Assembly (NCBI GenBank): GCA_030603385.1
Contig: JAUVXW010000026.1
Location: 1-62,924, forward strand
Source of the DNA: Promethearchaeota archaeon
GTDB lineage: Archaea > Asgardarchaeota > Lokiarchaeia > Sigyniarchaeales > SOKP01
Length of the DNA: 62,924 nucleotides
Reading direction: 5' to 3'
The notes beneath the pieces are model-generated. The model searched no databases and had not been told where the DNA came from. It saw only the letters and a list, made by a program, of their open reading frames with translations. Position numbers and translations under genes: made by a program. This document shows, piece after piece, positions 32,833 to 41,189 of this stretch (positions are counted from its first letter, which is position 1; every line of letters starts with the position of its first letter).

Positions 32833-32850
32833 TATTTAAAGAAAAAAATT
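32833..32850 (-). promoter_or_regulatory. Cluster promoter motif AATTTTTTTCTTTAAATA
   Basis: 54 nt upstream of the roadblock ATG. Confidence 0.7.
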
Positions 32851-32859
32851 TAGAAAAGT

Positions 32860-33429
32860 CTACTTTAATCCTAATTTATTTCGGGTTCTATGAAATGCAT
32901 AGGCACTACAATTACAAAAAACTCTTAAATTAGTTTGTATAATTTTTTTTTCATGCTCTTTATCATTTAAATCTGTTACAAATACAACAACCGCAAGCTG
33001 CGTGGTAAATTGAGGTAAAAAGCAATGTTTTTCAAGATTATTTTTGAGGATTCTTGCGTTCTCTTTGGCTCGAGGGTAGTCAAATATTGGAGCAAATCGA
33101 TGGAGTTTATGCAAATAAATTTGTAGTTTTCTAAGACTTTTTGTATAGCCATATGTAAATGAATAGCTTCGAAGGAATCTTCTAAAATATACTAGGTTAA
33201 CTAAAAACTTGCTTATTACAGGATGGATAAGATTAACGGGTAGATCAATACTCTTAGCTATAGCCTTATACTCTTGAGATGTTAAAGCTCTGATATTTTG
33301 AGGGTGTGAAATAAAACAAACTTCACGAAACAGATAGTTTAACACGATTTTCTCAACTACTTGTTGTGATCTCCCTATAGTTGTTAATGGTGAAATCCAA
33401 GAGTAATCTTTTTTAACTATTTGAGTCAT
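32860..33429 (-). CDS. Hypothetical protein with C-terminal TFB-like cyclin/HTH repeat
   Basis: TTQLAVVVFVTD...IIQTNLRVFCNCSAYAFHRTRNKL parallels the TFB pattern [31 protein letters not shown]. Confidence 0.55.
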   Translation of the reverse strand: MTQIVKKDYSWISPLTTIGRSQQVVEKIVLNYLFREVCFISHPQNIRALTSQEYKAIAKSIDLPVNLIHPVISKFLVNLVYFRRFLRSYSFTYGYTKSLRKLQIYLHKLHRFAPIFDYPRAKENARILKNNLEKHCFLPQFTTQLAVVVFVTDLNDKEHEKKIIQTNLRVFCNCSAYAFHRTRNKLGLK

Positions 33430-33478
33430 AGTAAATGGGATAAAAGTAATTATATCTGAAAAAAAGTAATGCTCAATC

Positions 33479-33495
33479 TATTTAAATGAAAAAAT
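33479..33495 (-). promoter_or_regulatory. Cluster promoter variant ATTTTTTCATTTAAATA
   Basis: 50 nt upstream of the 33429 ATG. Confidence 0.55.
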
Positions 33496-33526
33496 AAATT
33501 CAATAAAAACAATCATCAGATCTACA

Positions 33527-34621
33527 CTAAATGATCTTATCCAAGGTAAGTTGTATTGATTTTGGTCTATCTTGTAACTTAAGAAAATAATCTCTACATT
33601 TCTGGTAGTTAGAGACCAACTTCTCTAAATTATTTTCTACTCGCTCTCTGTTAAGGTGATGCTCCTTGCATAATAAATCTACTACATTTGGTTTGTTAGG
33701 GAGATTCCAATAGAAATTTTCTGTTGATTTGTTCACTTCAGGAAACAGAAATATTTTTCTTACTGTTTTAATAACTTCAATAGTTAAAGTGCTAACATCA
33801 TATTTTTCATTTACTGAAGTAATGACATTTTCTATTTGTTTGTGGTTCTTGATATACTTTAAAGCTTTTTTAGGACCTATCCCCTTTATTCCTGGAAAGT
33901 AATCTGTGCCAACCAATAATGCCAAATCAACTAATTGAAATTGATTGATCTCTAATTCTTTCAAGTTTTTTCGCAAATCAACGCTCAATGGAGTTATTTT
34001 GGTATAGGTCCATTTTCCTTGAACTTTTCTTCGCAATGATTTTGAAAGATTTTGTATCATATTAGGGCATCCAAACAAAAGCGAATCAAAATCTTGAGAA
34101 TTGGAATAGTGTGCAATGCCTTCTTTTACTAGATAAGCACATTGAGATTCTGCTGAAGCTGGAGAATCTATATAAATTACTCCAAGTGCCCCAAGCAATT
34201 GCTTTGATTCCAATATGATATTTTGCCACAGATATTCTTTACTTAAAGCAATTTTTCTAGCTGCGTTCTTATCCCCGCTTTTAATTGCTTCTTCATACCA
34301 TTTCTGTGTAAATCTAAAATCATTAAGTTGATCTTTTGTAATTAACTTTTTAAGCTCAGAATCGCGACCGTCAAAACAAAAAATAGGGAATATTTTCTTC
34401 GTGTAATAGAAATTGATTCGGTAGAGAAGGCCATATAAATGCGAAATTGGTCTTTGGGTTCTGTCTAATATCAACCCAGCATAGGTGCCATCTGGATTTT
34501 TTCGAGCAAAATTGAACAAACCCATAATGATATTTGGAGCATCGATTGCGATAATTTTTCCTCCTAACGTTTGAAAATCAAGTACTTTTCGTAGTATGAT
34601 GTCTTGAAGTTTAACTCCCAT
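33527..34621 (-). CDS. fen1: Flap endonuclease 1 (divergent paralogue)
   Basis: MGV start, IDA, FDG, SQDFDSLLFG, GTDYFPGIKGIGPKKA and C-terminal PIP-like QLTLDKI. Confidence 0.9.
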   Translation of the reverse strand: MGVKLQDIILRKVLDFQTLGGKIIAIDAPNIIMGLFNFARKNPDGTYAGLILDRTQRPISHLYGLLYRINFYYTKKIFPIFCFDGRDSELKKLITKDQLNDFRFTQKWYEEAIKSGDKNAARKIALSKEYLWQNIILESKQLLGALGVIYIDSPASAESQCAYLVKEGIAHYSNSQDFDSLLFGCPNMIQNLSKSLRRKVQGKWTYTKITPLSVDLRKNLKELEINQFQLVDLALLVGTDYFPGIKGIGPKKALKYIKNHKQIENVITSVNEKYDVSTLTIEVIKTVRKIFLFPEVNKSTENFYWNLPNKPNVVDLLCKEHHLNRERVENNLEKLVSNYQKCRDYFLKLQDRPKSIQLTLDKII

Positions 34622-34643
34622 GAATTTAAATTACCTACAAAAA

Positions 34644-34660
34644 TTAATAAAGAAAAAAAA
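34644..34660 (-). promoter_or_regulatory. Cluster promoter variant TTTTTTTTCTTTATTAA (leaderless fen1)
   Basis: TATA box ends 23 nt before the fen1 ATG; may double as terminator for the upstream small ORF. Confidence 0.55.
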
Positions 34661-34683
34661 AGAAGTTGGGTAATAACTAATAA

Positions 34684-34743
34684 CTACCATCCTTTCATCA
34701 TATGGTATAACCGGGTTAGTAAAGTAAAAATCTTAAACTTCAT
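34684..34743 (-). CDS. Putative 19-aa peptide MKFKIFTLLTRLYHMMKGW
   Basis: Below the ORF-track cutoff. GGTGA SD 4 nt upstream, own promoter motif at 34793-34809, T-tract downstream. Confidence 0.5.
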   Translation of the reverse strand: MKFKIFTLLTRLYHMMKGW

Positions 34744-34792
34744 AATTCACCTTTTTCTAGTAATTAAAGGTGAACCATAGGACATGTGAAAA

Positions 34793-34809
34793 TATTTAAA
34801 CAAAAAATT
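34793..34809 (-). promoter_or_regulatory. Cluster promoter variant AATTTTTTGTTTAAATA
   Basis: 50 nt upstream of the 19-aa ORF. Confidence 0.6.
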
Positions 34810-34838
34810 GAATTGCTAAAAAAAGAAATTATTCTAAT

Positions 34839-35084
34839 CTAATTTTCATCTTCAAGGTCTTCCATTATGGAATCAAAAAATTTTTTGGCTTTTTCAGGAT
34901 CTTTAAGTTCCTTGAATGAATCGAAAAAACCACCCATCTCTGTAAAAGCCAATATTTCGTCATCGGGTATGACTCCAATTTGTTTTTTGTCAAATTCCAA
35001 TAAACAATCTGGACATTCGATTGAGTCTGGATACTCCATAACCTTTTTTGTCTTACATCGAGGGCAATAATACTTTTTCGCCAT
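34839..35084 (-). CDS. Small zinc-ribbon protein (probable start MAKKYYC at 35084)
   Basis: CPRC...CPDC with acidic tail. Confidence 0.7.
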   Translation of the reverse strand: MAKKYYCPRCKTKKVMEYPDSIECPDCLLEFDKKQIGVIPDDEILAFTEMGGFFDSFKELKDPEKAKKFFDSIMEDLEDEN

Positions 35085-35202
35085 AGGTCCGATAAAACCT
35101 ATAAAAATGTATTTGGTAGCTAAAGATAAGTTGATTATACATATAAAACAATGTGTTGTTAGGATTTTCATTGCATACATATCATACATTGCAAGATAAA
35201 CC

Positions 35203-35254
35203 TATTTAAATAAAAATTTGGCTACTAATCGTTTACGTTTTTCCTTTAAAAATA
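35203..35254. promoter_or_regulatory. Back-to-back divergent cluster promoters: AAATTTTTATTTAAATA (-, 35203-35219) and TTTTTCCTTTAAAAATA (+, 35238-35254)
   Basis: Both have the T-tract upstream of the TATA box relative to their gene; there is no upstream same-strand gene to terminate. Confidence 0.6.
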
Positions 35255-35301
35255 ACGAGCTTTTTTTGACTATAATTATAAAAATTTTATGAACGAGAAA
35301 G

Positions 35302-35664
35302 ATGAAAAAAGAAAAATATTACCTTCTTAAACCCGAGAAGAATTCAAAATGGGTGGCCTATACTTTCATTGGGATAATAGTTTTTATAGTAATCTACTTT
35401 CCCTTCTTTGCGGTCAACTTGCGTTATCAATTAGGTGCGGTATTCTCAAAGATATTCGATACATTCGGAGTGGCGTGTTTGACGATTGGTAGTGCTATGA
35501 CAGCGATTAGTATATTAAGCTTATTTATAAGTAAATCAATAAACACACGATGGTTTATTCTAGGAATCGTCTTACTGTGGATTGGATGCTGGTGTACTGG
35601 AAGTGTGCTCAACATATTTGGGATCATTATAGGGAACGAGACATCAAATCCTGGATATCACTAA
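35302..35664 (+). CDS. Hypothetical 3-TM membrane protein
   Basis: Three hydrophobic segments. Confidence 0.7.
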   Translation: MKKEKYYLLKPEKNSKWVAYTFIGIIVFIVIYFPFFAVNLRYQLGAVFSKIFDTFGVACLTIGSAMTAISILSLFISKSINTRWFILGIVLLWIGCWCTGSVLNIFGIIIGNETSNPGYH

Positions 35665-35697
35665 AATTTAGATAATATTTAGAATAGAAATGGATCT

Positions 35698-36363
35698 TCA
35701 ATAAAGAAATGGGATTAATTTTTTAGTGTTTTTTTTATATTCTTCGAATTTTTCACCAAATTTTTTTTCCAGTATTCTTTCTTCTTCATTAATCCTCATT
35801 CTAATTAATAAAAAGTAATAAACAAACATAATAATGAGAGTAATGATACATCTAAAAACAAGGCAGAATCCAATAGTTGCAATTAAACCCCCGGAATACA
35901 TGGGATTTCGAATATAATTATAAACTCCCTGAGTAATGAGTTGATGATCCTCTTCAGTAATTAATTCACCAGTTCCAAACCGTCCTAATTGAGCTCGAGC
36001 AACAATTATAAGCAACCCACCAGAAATATAGAGACTGAAACCTACATAACTTATAATAATATTGTCCCAAAAAGGAATTAGCTGGGATATAAACAACTTA
36101 TTCTCATAAAAGGCTCCAATTAAAAAAAAGGGAGATAATAGCAACATGGTTAGTATCAAAAAGTCAAACAGCTTTGAGACATTTCTTTGCTGAGGAATAG
36201 ACCGTAATAACGTATCCACAAGCGTTATCATATAAGCTGTAAGTAAGTACAGAACATATAAAGGAATTGAATAGATCTCTGGTACAAATAATAGATAGAA
36301 TATGTTCTGATAGATTACATAAAGAAATATAAAAAGAGCAAGCTTTTTTCCAAAATCTTTCAT
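35698..36363 (-). CDS. Isoprenylcysteine carboxyl methyltransferase (ICMT/Ste14)-family membrane methyltransferase
   Basis: HQLITQGVYNYIRNPMYSG, RINEEERIL..KFG and LIPFLY motifs. Confidence 0.85.
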   Translation of the reverse strand: MKDFGKKLALFIFLYVIYQNIFYLLFVPEIYSIPLYVLYLLTAYMITLVDTLLRSIPQQRNVSKLFDFLILTMLLLSPFFLIGAFYENKLFISQLIPFWDNIIISYVGFSLYISGGLLIIVARAQLGRFGTGELITEEDHQLITQGVYNYIRNPMYSGGLIATIGFCLVFRCIITLIIMFVYYFLLIRMRINEEERILEKKFGEKFEEYKKNTKKLIPFLY

Positions 36364-36478
36364 GTTACTGTTATTTTAAGTACTCTCTTGATATGACTAT
36401 GGTAAGATTCCTTATAAAAATTTTAGTAAACTTTAGAAAATTACATATAACCAACTTCTCAAGAATGCCTTTAAAAAA

Positions 36479-36700
36479 TCAATGATAGACATGAAAATAT
36501 TTGAAACCTGTAGAGGACCCACAGAGAATTAGTAACACTACTGATCCTACGATAACACCAATCATTTTATGTCGTTGAAATTGTCCTAGAAAAAGCCATC
36601 CAATAATCCCTACAATCAATCCTAATGCTCCTACAAGAGATCCTAATGCAATTAAGAATTCAATCGACTCAGCAACAGCATCAAAATAGTCAAATATCAT
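36479..36700 (-). CDS. Small 2-TM protein, VirB2/CedA1-pilin-like architecture (tentative)
   Basis: 73 aa; two Gly-rich hydrophobic helices joined by the short basic loop QFQRHK. Confidence 0.6.
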   Translation of the reverse strand: MIFDYFDAVAESIEFLIALGSLVGALGLIVGIIGWLFLGQFQRHKMIGVIVGSVVLLILCGSSTGFKYFHVYH

Positions 36701-36724
36701 AATGTAATGCTATAATGCCAAACT

Positions 36725-36767
36725 TATATAAAGAAAAATTTGGAGTCGCAACTTTTTCCTTTAAATA
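36725..36767. promoter_or_regulatory. Back-to-back divergent cluster promoters: AATTTTTCTTTATATA (-, 36725-36740) and TTTTTCCTTTAAATA (+, 36753-36767)
   Basis: 25 nt to the 36700 ATG and 47 nt to the 36814 ATG. Confidence 0.7.
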
Positions 36768-36813
36768 TTGTGGCTATGTTAGAATTCACTAAAATTTCAA
36801 ATTTGAGATTGCT

Positions 36814-37131
36814 ATGAGAAAAATAAAAGAAATTGGCGCGTGTCCAAACTGCGATTGTGGGCTCATAATGTTTAAAACAAACAATTACAAACGGTTTGTG
36901 AAATGTGAGATTTGCGGAATGTCATATTCGTTGCCAAAACGAGGCAAAATTTCAAATTCAGCAATAATCTGTCCAAGAAGCAGGGTCCCAATATTAATCG
37001 TGGAAAAAGAACAGCAAAAAGCATATTTTTGGACAGATCAACCCTGTTTTAGCTGTGTTGCCTTTGATAAATGTAACGCGATTGAGGAACTTGTCAATGA
37101 ATTTAAGTCGTTAGAGGTGTATGGATATTAA
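36814..37131 (+). CDS. Stand-alone topoisomerase-IA-type C4 zinc-ribbon protein
   Basis: GACPNC..LIMFKT..KRFVKCEICGMSYSLPKRGKI..CP resembles the archaeal TopA C-terminal Zn ribbons. Confidence 0.65.
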   Translation: MRKIKEIGACPNCDCGLIMFKTNNYKRFVKCEICGMSYSLPKRGKISNSAIICPRSRVPILIVEKEQQKAYFWTDQPCFSCVAFDKCNAIEELVNEFKSLEVYGY

Positions 37132-38146
37132 AATAGTAAGAAAAGTATCTTTAATACTTCTTTTCTGCTTTTTTTTATGTTTTTTTAGCGTTGTTAATAA
37201 TTCGAGTAAATTTTGGGTTAGAGCCCAATTAAGCACAATTGATCCTGAATTACCTGATAAAGTATATGCATTCGTAGCCCCAAGTGATACGCTTACGTTT
37301 GAAGATCTGCCTTTACAGAAGTATTACAAGTATTATATTTGGGTGGAGATTGTTACCCCTCACAATTGTTCCCTTACAATTACTTTATGGGATCCTGACG
37401 GTATGCAATTTGATATCTTTGAAAATGATTTATTTTATGATCCCGATTTTGGGAGATACTATGAGATTCCCTTTGGTACGGCGTTAGGAGGCAATTGTAC
37501 AATTGAGTTTTTCGTAGTCACCTTCGAGAATCTGAATATGTATATCAGAATAGAGCAAGGTCCTAAGTGTCTTTTTGATATAATTCCGTGGGAAGAGATT
37601 GGGGATATGGTTTTGTATAAGGTAACACGTTTTTCTAATGGGATGACCATCTCACATAACGTTACCTTCAAGATAGATTATATGTATAAATTCTACATCG
37701 GGAGACTTTCAGCTATTTCATTTAAAGAAAATAATGAACATAGACTTGATTATACCATTTATGATCCTGATGATTTAGAATATGAGATTTATTATAATGA
37801 AAGCCTTTCTCCTATTAATGAGGTGGATAAATTTATGTTCGGAACAGCGATTGAGGGTTTTTACATGATAACATTATCTATATACAGCGAAGTGGAATAT
37901 TCAAATATAGCGTATGCCATAATAGAACATCACAAGATTAGTCATGTGGTAGATCCGAACCAGACAGACCAAGAACCGCCGAACAATACAACCCTTCAAA
38001 CAAATAAGTTTTCAATCCCTAAAGAATGGACAGCGGGAATTCTCATTGTCGGAGGGATTATAATAGTAGGTGTGATCATCATCATAGTAAGAAGCCGAGA
38101 ACGAAATTTCGTAAACTTTAAGGAAAGAATTGACCGCAAAAAATAA
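37121..38146 (+). CDS. Secreted, C-terminally anchored protein with two tandem beta-domains
   Basis: Signal peptide; repeats YKYYI..WDPDG..FGTALGG / YKFYI..YDPDD..FGTAIEG; TM and basic tail. Confidence 0.7.
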   Translation: MDIKIVRKVSLILLFCFFLCFFSVVNNSSKFWVRAQLSTIDPELPDKVYAFVAPSDTLTFEDLPLQKYYKYYIWVEIVTPHNCSLTITLWDPDGMQFDIFENDLFYDPDFGRYYEIPFGTALGGNCTIEFFVVTFENLNMYIRIEQGPKCLFDIIPWEEIGDMVLYKVTRFSNGMTISHNVTFKIDYMYKFYIGRLSAISFKENNEHRLDYTIYDPDDLEYEIYYNESLSPINEVDKFMFGTAIEGFYMITLSIYSEVEYSNIAYAIIEHHKISHVVDPNQTDQEPPNNTTLQTNKFSIPKEWTAGILIVGGIIIVGVIIIIVRSRERNFVNFKERIDRKK

Positions 38147-38338
38147 ACAAGATTATATTATTTCTTTATTTTTAATAGAAGTGTTTGGATAAACATTATA
38201 CCTTAGTGAAAGAAATTTGGAATGATTTTCAATTCTCTCAGAAATAACCCCTCAAATTAAAATTTATATTGTTCTTTCGAATAAATAGCTTTATTAAAGA
38301 CTTCAGATATATTCATATAATAGAGTATATAAATACGC

Positions 38339-38563
38339 GTGGTCACGCTGGGAAAAGAAATGAATTTTTTAGAATCATTAGAACTAGCGTTAAAAGATTA
38401 TATTGAAGATAAAATATCACTAGGGAAAGCAGCTGAGCTTGCGAATCTGGCGATATGGGAAATGAATGATGAATTGAAGAAAAGAAAATTTACCCTTAAT
38501 TATAAATTATCAGAAGCTCAGTTAGAGATAGAGAGATTATTAAAGAAACACAAAAAAGAATAG
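38339..38563 (+). CDS. UPF0175-family (antitoxin-like) protein, possibly N-truncated
   Basis: KISLGKAAELANL motif; no adjacent PIN toxin seen. Confidence 0.6.
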   Translation: MVTLGKEMNFLESLELALKDYIEDKISLGKAAELANLAIWEMNDELKKRKFTLNYKLSEAQLEIERLLKKHKKE

Positions 38564-38649
38564 TCTTTGAAATCTTTTTAAGAAATTTAAAGATATCAAT
38601 AAGCTAGTATCCATTCAAGTCTTAAAAAAAATGAAAAAAAAAAATTAAA

Positions 38650-39891
38650 TTAGGTTTTTAATAATCCTTTCGCGTTTTTTTGCCACTCAAGAACTTTGGA
38701 CGTTGATGCACCACTTAACTTAGCGGATAAATCGCCTGGATCAGCAACTACTAACTCGTCAATCGAACTAATACCAAGAGCATGCAAACCCTCTGCTGTG
38801 CCTTTGCCAATACCTTTAACAGAAACTAATGAAACTTGTTTTGAAACTGACTCTGAATCATTATTTACGTCTGATGAAGTCTCATCTTTTTCCTCGTATA
38901 GCGTTTCGACTTCAAATTCTAATCCAGGTGATTCAGGAATCTCTACTTTGTCTGTATCTGCAATCCCTGCTGAAGTGATGAAAAATTCGCACTCTTCAGG
39001 AGGGAGATCGGGAGCATCCACAATTACAGCTCGCCTTTTTAGTGAGTTATTCGATGAAAATCCTTTAGTCTTAAACATGATTCGGAAATGGCACCCGTGG
39101 GCTACAATATTGCCGCCAATTGCATCGTTGGTTGAGAACATGCCCATCATCTTGACTGCGACTTGGTTGGTAAGCAAAACGGCACAATTATACGTCTCGG
39201 CTATCCTTGATAGTGTATGAATAATATTGTTTAAGAGGGCTTGTCGAGGCGCTAGTTTACTAATGCCTACATACTCTGCTCTTAACAATGCCATCAGACT
39301 GTCAATGATAATAAGTCGCACCCCACGAGTTTTACAGAGAGTTTCTGCTTTTTGGATCATCTGAGATTGATGATCTGAGGAGTAAATCCTAGCATGATAA
39401 ATCCGTGAGAGTGTCTCATTAGGATTTAACCCGAAACGTTTGGCAATGCGTTTGATTTTCTCTTTCGAAAATGTGTTTTCAGTATCGATATAGGCAACAG
39501 AGGTATTTAGTCCACCATTCTTCACAGAAAGTTGACTTGTAACTGATATCGTATGAGCTAATGCTGTCTTTCCCGATTTGAAAGGCCCATATACTTCGGT
39601 TAATTTTCCTGTTTGGAAGCCACCACCTAAAATTTTATTAAGCTCTGAAGATCCAGTGGTCATGAACTCCACATTCTCATCAATATCTTTTGCTTGTATA
39701 AAATCTGTCATTCCTAACGCATTCCGTGCATTCCAAATTAATTTTTTCGCAGTCTTGTCTCCTAATCCATCAATATCTGACACTATAGAACCGGGACTCA
39801 TTGCTAGGGCTTCTGCGGTGCTGATGCCGTTATCCTGAAGCAGTTTAATCTGTCGGGCGTTTATTCCTTTAATTTGACTTAAATCTGCCAT
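38650..39891 (-). CDS. radA: RadA/Rad51-family recombinase with extra C-terminal HhH domain
   Basis: HhH N-domain, FxxA (FIQA), TTGS..L..ILGGG, Walker A GPFKSGKT, YIDTENTF, Walker B LIIIDS, TNQV and GGNIVAH. Confidence 0.88.
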   Translation of the reverse strand: MADLSQIKGINARQIKLLQDNGISTAEALAMSPGSIVSDIDGLGDKTAKKLIWNARNALGMTDFIQAKDIDENVEFMTTGSSELNKILGGGFQTGKLTEVYGPFKSGKTALAHTISVTSQLSVKNGGLNTSVAYIDTENTFSKEKIKRIAKRFGLNPNETLSRIYHARIYSSDHQSQMIQKAETLCKTRGVRLIIIDSLMALLRAEYVGISKLAPRQALLNNIIHTLSRIAETYNCAVLLTNQVAVKMMGMFSTNDAIGGNIVAHGCHFRIMFKTKGFSSNNSLKRRAVIVDAPDLPPEECEFFITSAGIADTDKVEIPESPGLEFEVETLYEEKDETSSDVNNDSESVSKQVSLVSVKGIGKGTAEGLHALGISSIDELVVADPGDLSAKLSGASTSKVLEWQKNAKGLLKT

Positions 39892-39944
39892 ATCTTTTTT
39901 ACATCACCATTTTTCTGGTAATTATACTCTAAATACTACCAGTC

Positions 39945-39960
39945 TATATAAAGAAAAAAT
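39945..39960 (-). promoter_or_regulatory. Cluster promoter motif ATTTTTTCTTTATATA (radA)
   Basis: 54 nt upstream of the radA ATG, with a GGTGA SD-like sequence in the leader. Confidence 0.7.
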
Positions 39961-39963
39961 AAG

Positions 39964-40078
39964 AGTTAAAAAAGAGTGATAAAACCAAAAATTTAGGAGG
40001 AAGGGGGCTAAAGTAGGGGATATGGATATATTCGAACTCTAAACACGGGGAATATAGGTTTATAACTCTTTTTTAACT
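39964..40078 (-). ncRNA. Candidate ~115-nt hairpin sRNA with ~22-bp closing stem and C-rich interior
   Basis: Inverted repeat 39964-39986 / 40057-40078; promoter motif at 40101-40115 placed about 23 nt upstream on the minus strand. Confidence 0.45.
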
Positions 40079-40100
40079 TGAATCTTATTAGTGATGAGGT

Positions 40101-40115
40101 TTTATAAAGAAAAAT
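40101..40115 (-). promoter_or_regulatory. Cluster promoter motif ATTTTTCTTTATAAA with no ORF downstream
   Basis: Points into the 39964-40078 hairpin. Confidence 0.55.
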
Positions 40116-40266
40116 AAAAAGTGAAAAACACTTCAGATAAAACAAAACCCACCATCATCCAACATAAAGTATAGTTAAATTACAGTTCTAAGGTTTTTAA
40201 CAAAATTAATTATTCATTTTGGATTTGGTAATATAATAAAAAACATAATTATACAAATTAAATAGA

Positions 40267-41100
40267 TTGAAAAAAATGATAGCTATTGAAGATTTTAGAG
40301 ACATAAAATATGAAAAAGAAGAAAATGGCATAGGAACTATAACTATCAATCGTCCAGAACGCAGAAATGCTCTATCTCCCATAACCTTTTTAGAATTGGA
40401 GGCAGCATTCGATCATATGGAACAAGATGATGATATTAGAGTTGTTATCATAACGGGGAACCAAGATGGAAATGCTTTTTCTTCAGGGGCATATATGAGT
40501 CCAAAAGTGATGAGTGAGATGACACCCGAAATAAGGAAATTGTTAGATCCGACTGATCGATCATCGAGAAATATGGCTCGAAAGATTTTTGATTTTCCTA
40601 AGCCTATAGTAGCTGCTGTGAATGGATTAGCTATTGGTGGTGGGATTACGATGCTTTTAATTGGTGCGGATCTTATCTATGCCTCAGAAAACGCATATTT
40701 AGGCTTTTATTTTGTACAAAATGCGTTTATGTCAGAATTTGCATCAACATTCCTTTTACCCCTCTATCTTGGATTTCAAAGAGCTAAAGAGATTATATAT
40801 TACGGAAGAAAAATCGAAGCACAGAAGGCTCTAGAGCTTGGGTTAGTAAATAAAGTCCTTCCACTTAATGAGCTTGTACCTTATGCGAGAGAACAGGCAT
40901 TAAAATTAATTGCTCCAAAAGCACCGGGTTTATCAATCAGATTAATGAGGAAAGCTGTGCACGACATGTTCAAAGATCAAATATACAAAATCCTAGATAT
41001 AGAAAACGAAGGTTATAAAACCTTACTGAGTAAACCGGATATAACAATCGCAATGTCTGCTAGAAGTAAAAAAATAGAACCTGTATTCAAGGGAAGATAA
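40267..41100 (+). CDS. Enoyl-CoA hydratase/isomerase (appears interspersed in the cluster)
   Basis: INRPERRNAL, AFSSGA and AAVNGLAIGGG motifs; lacks the cluster promoter motif. Confidence 0.88.
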   Translation: MKKMIAIEDFRDIKYEKEENGIGTITINRPERRNALSPITFLELEAAFDHMEQDDDIRVVIITGNQDGNAFSSGAYMSPKVMSEMTPEIRKLLDPTDRSSRNMARKIFDFPKPIVAAVNGLAIGGGITMLLIGADLIYASENAYLGFYFVQNAFMSEFASTFLLPLYLGFQRAKEIIYYGRKIEAQKALELGLVNKVLPLNELVPYAREQALKLIAPKAPGLSIRLMRKAVHDMFKDQIYKILDIENEGYKTLLSKPDITIAMSARSKKIEPVFKGR

Positions 41101-41189
41101 AATTTTTGTGAACTTTTTTTCTATTTCCTAATGATTATTTGTATTTTTTATTTTTTAACAAATAGTATTAAACCAGATAATAAACTTAA

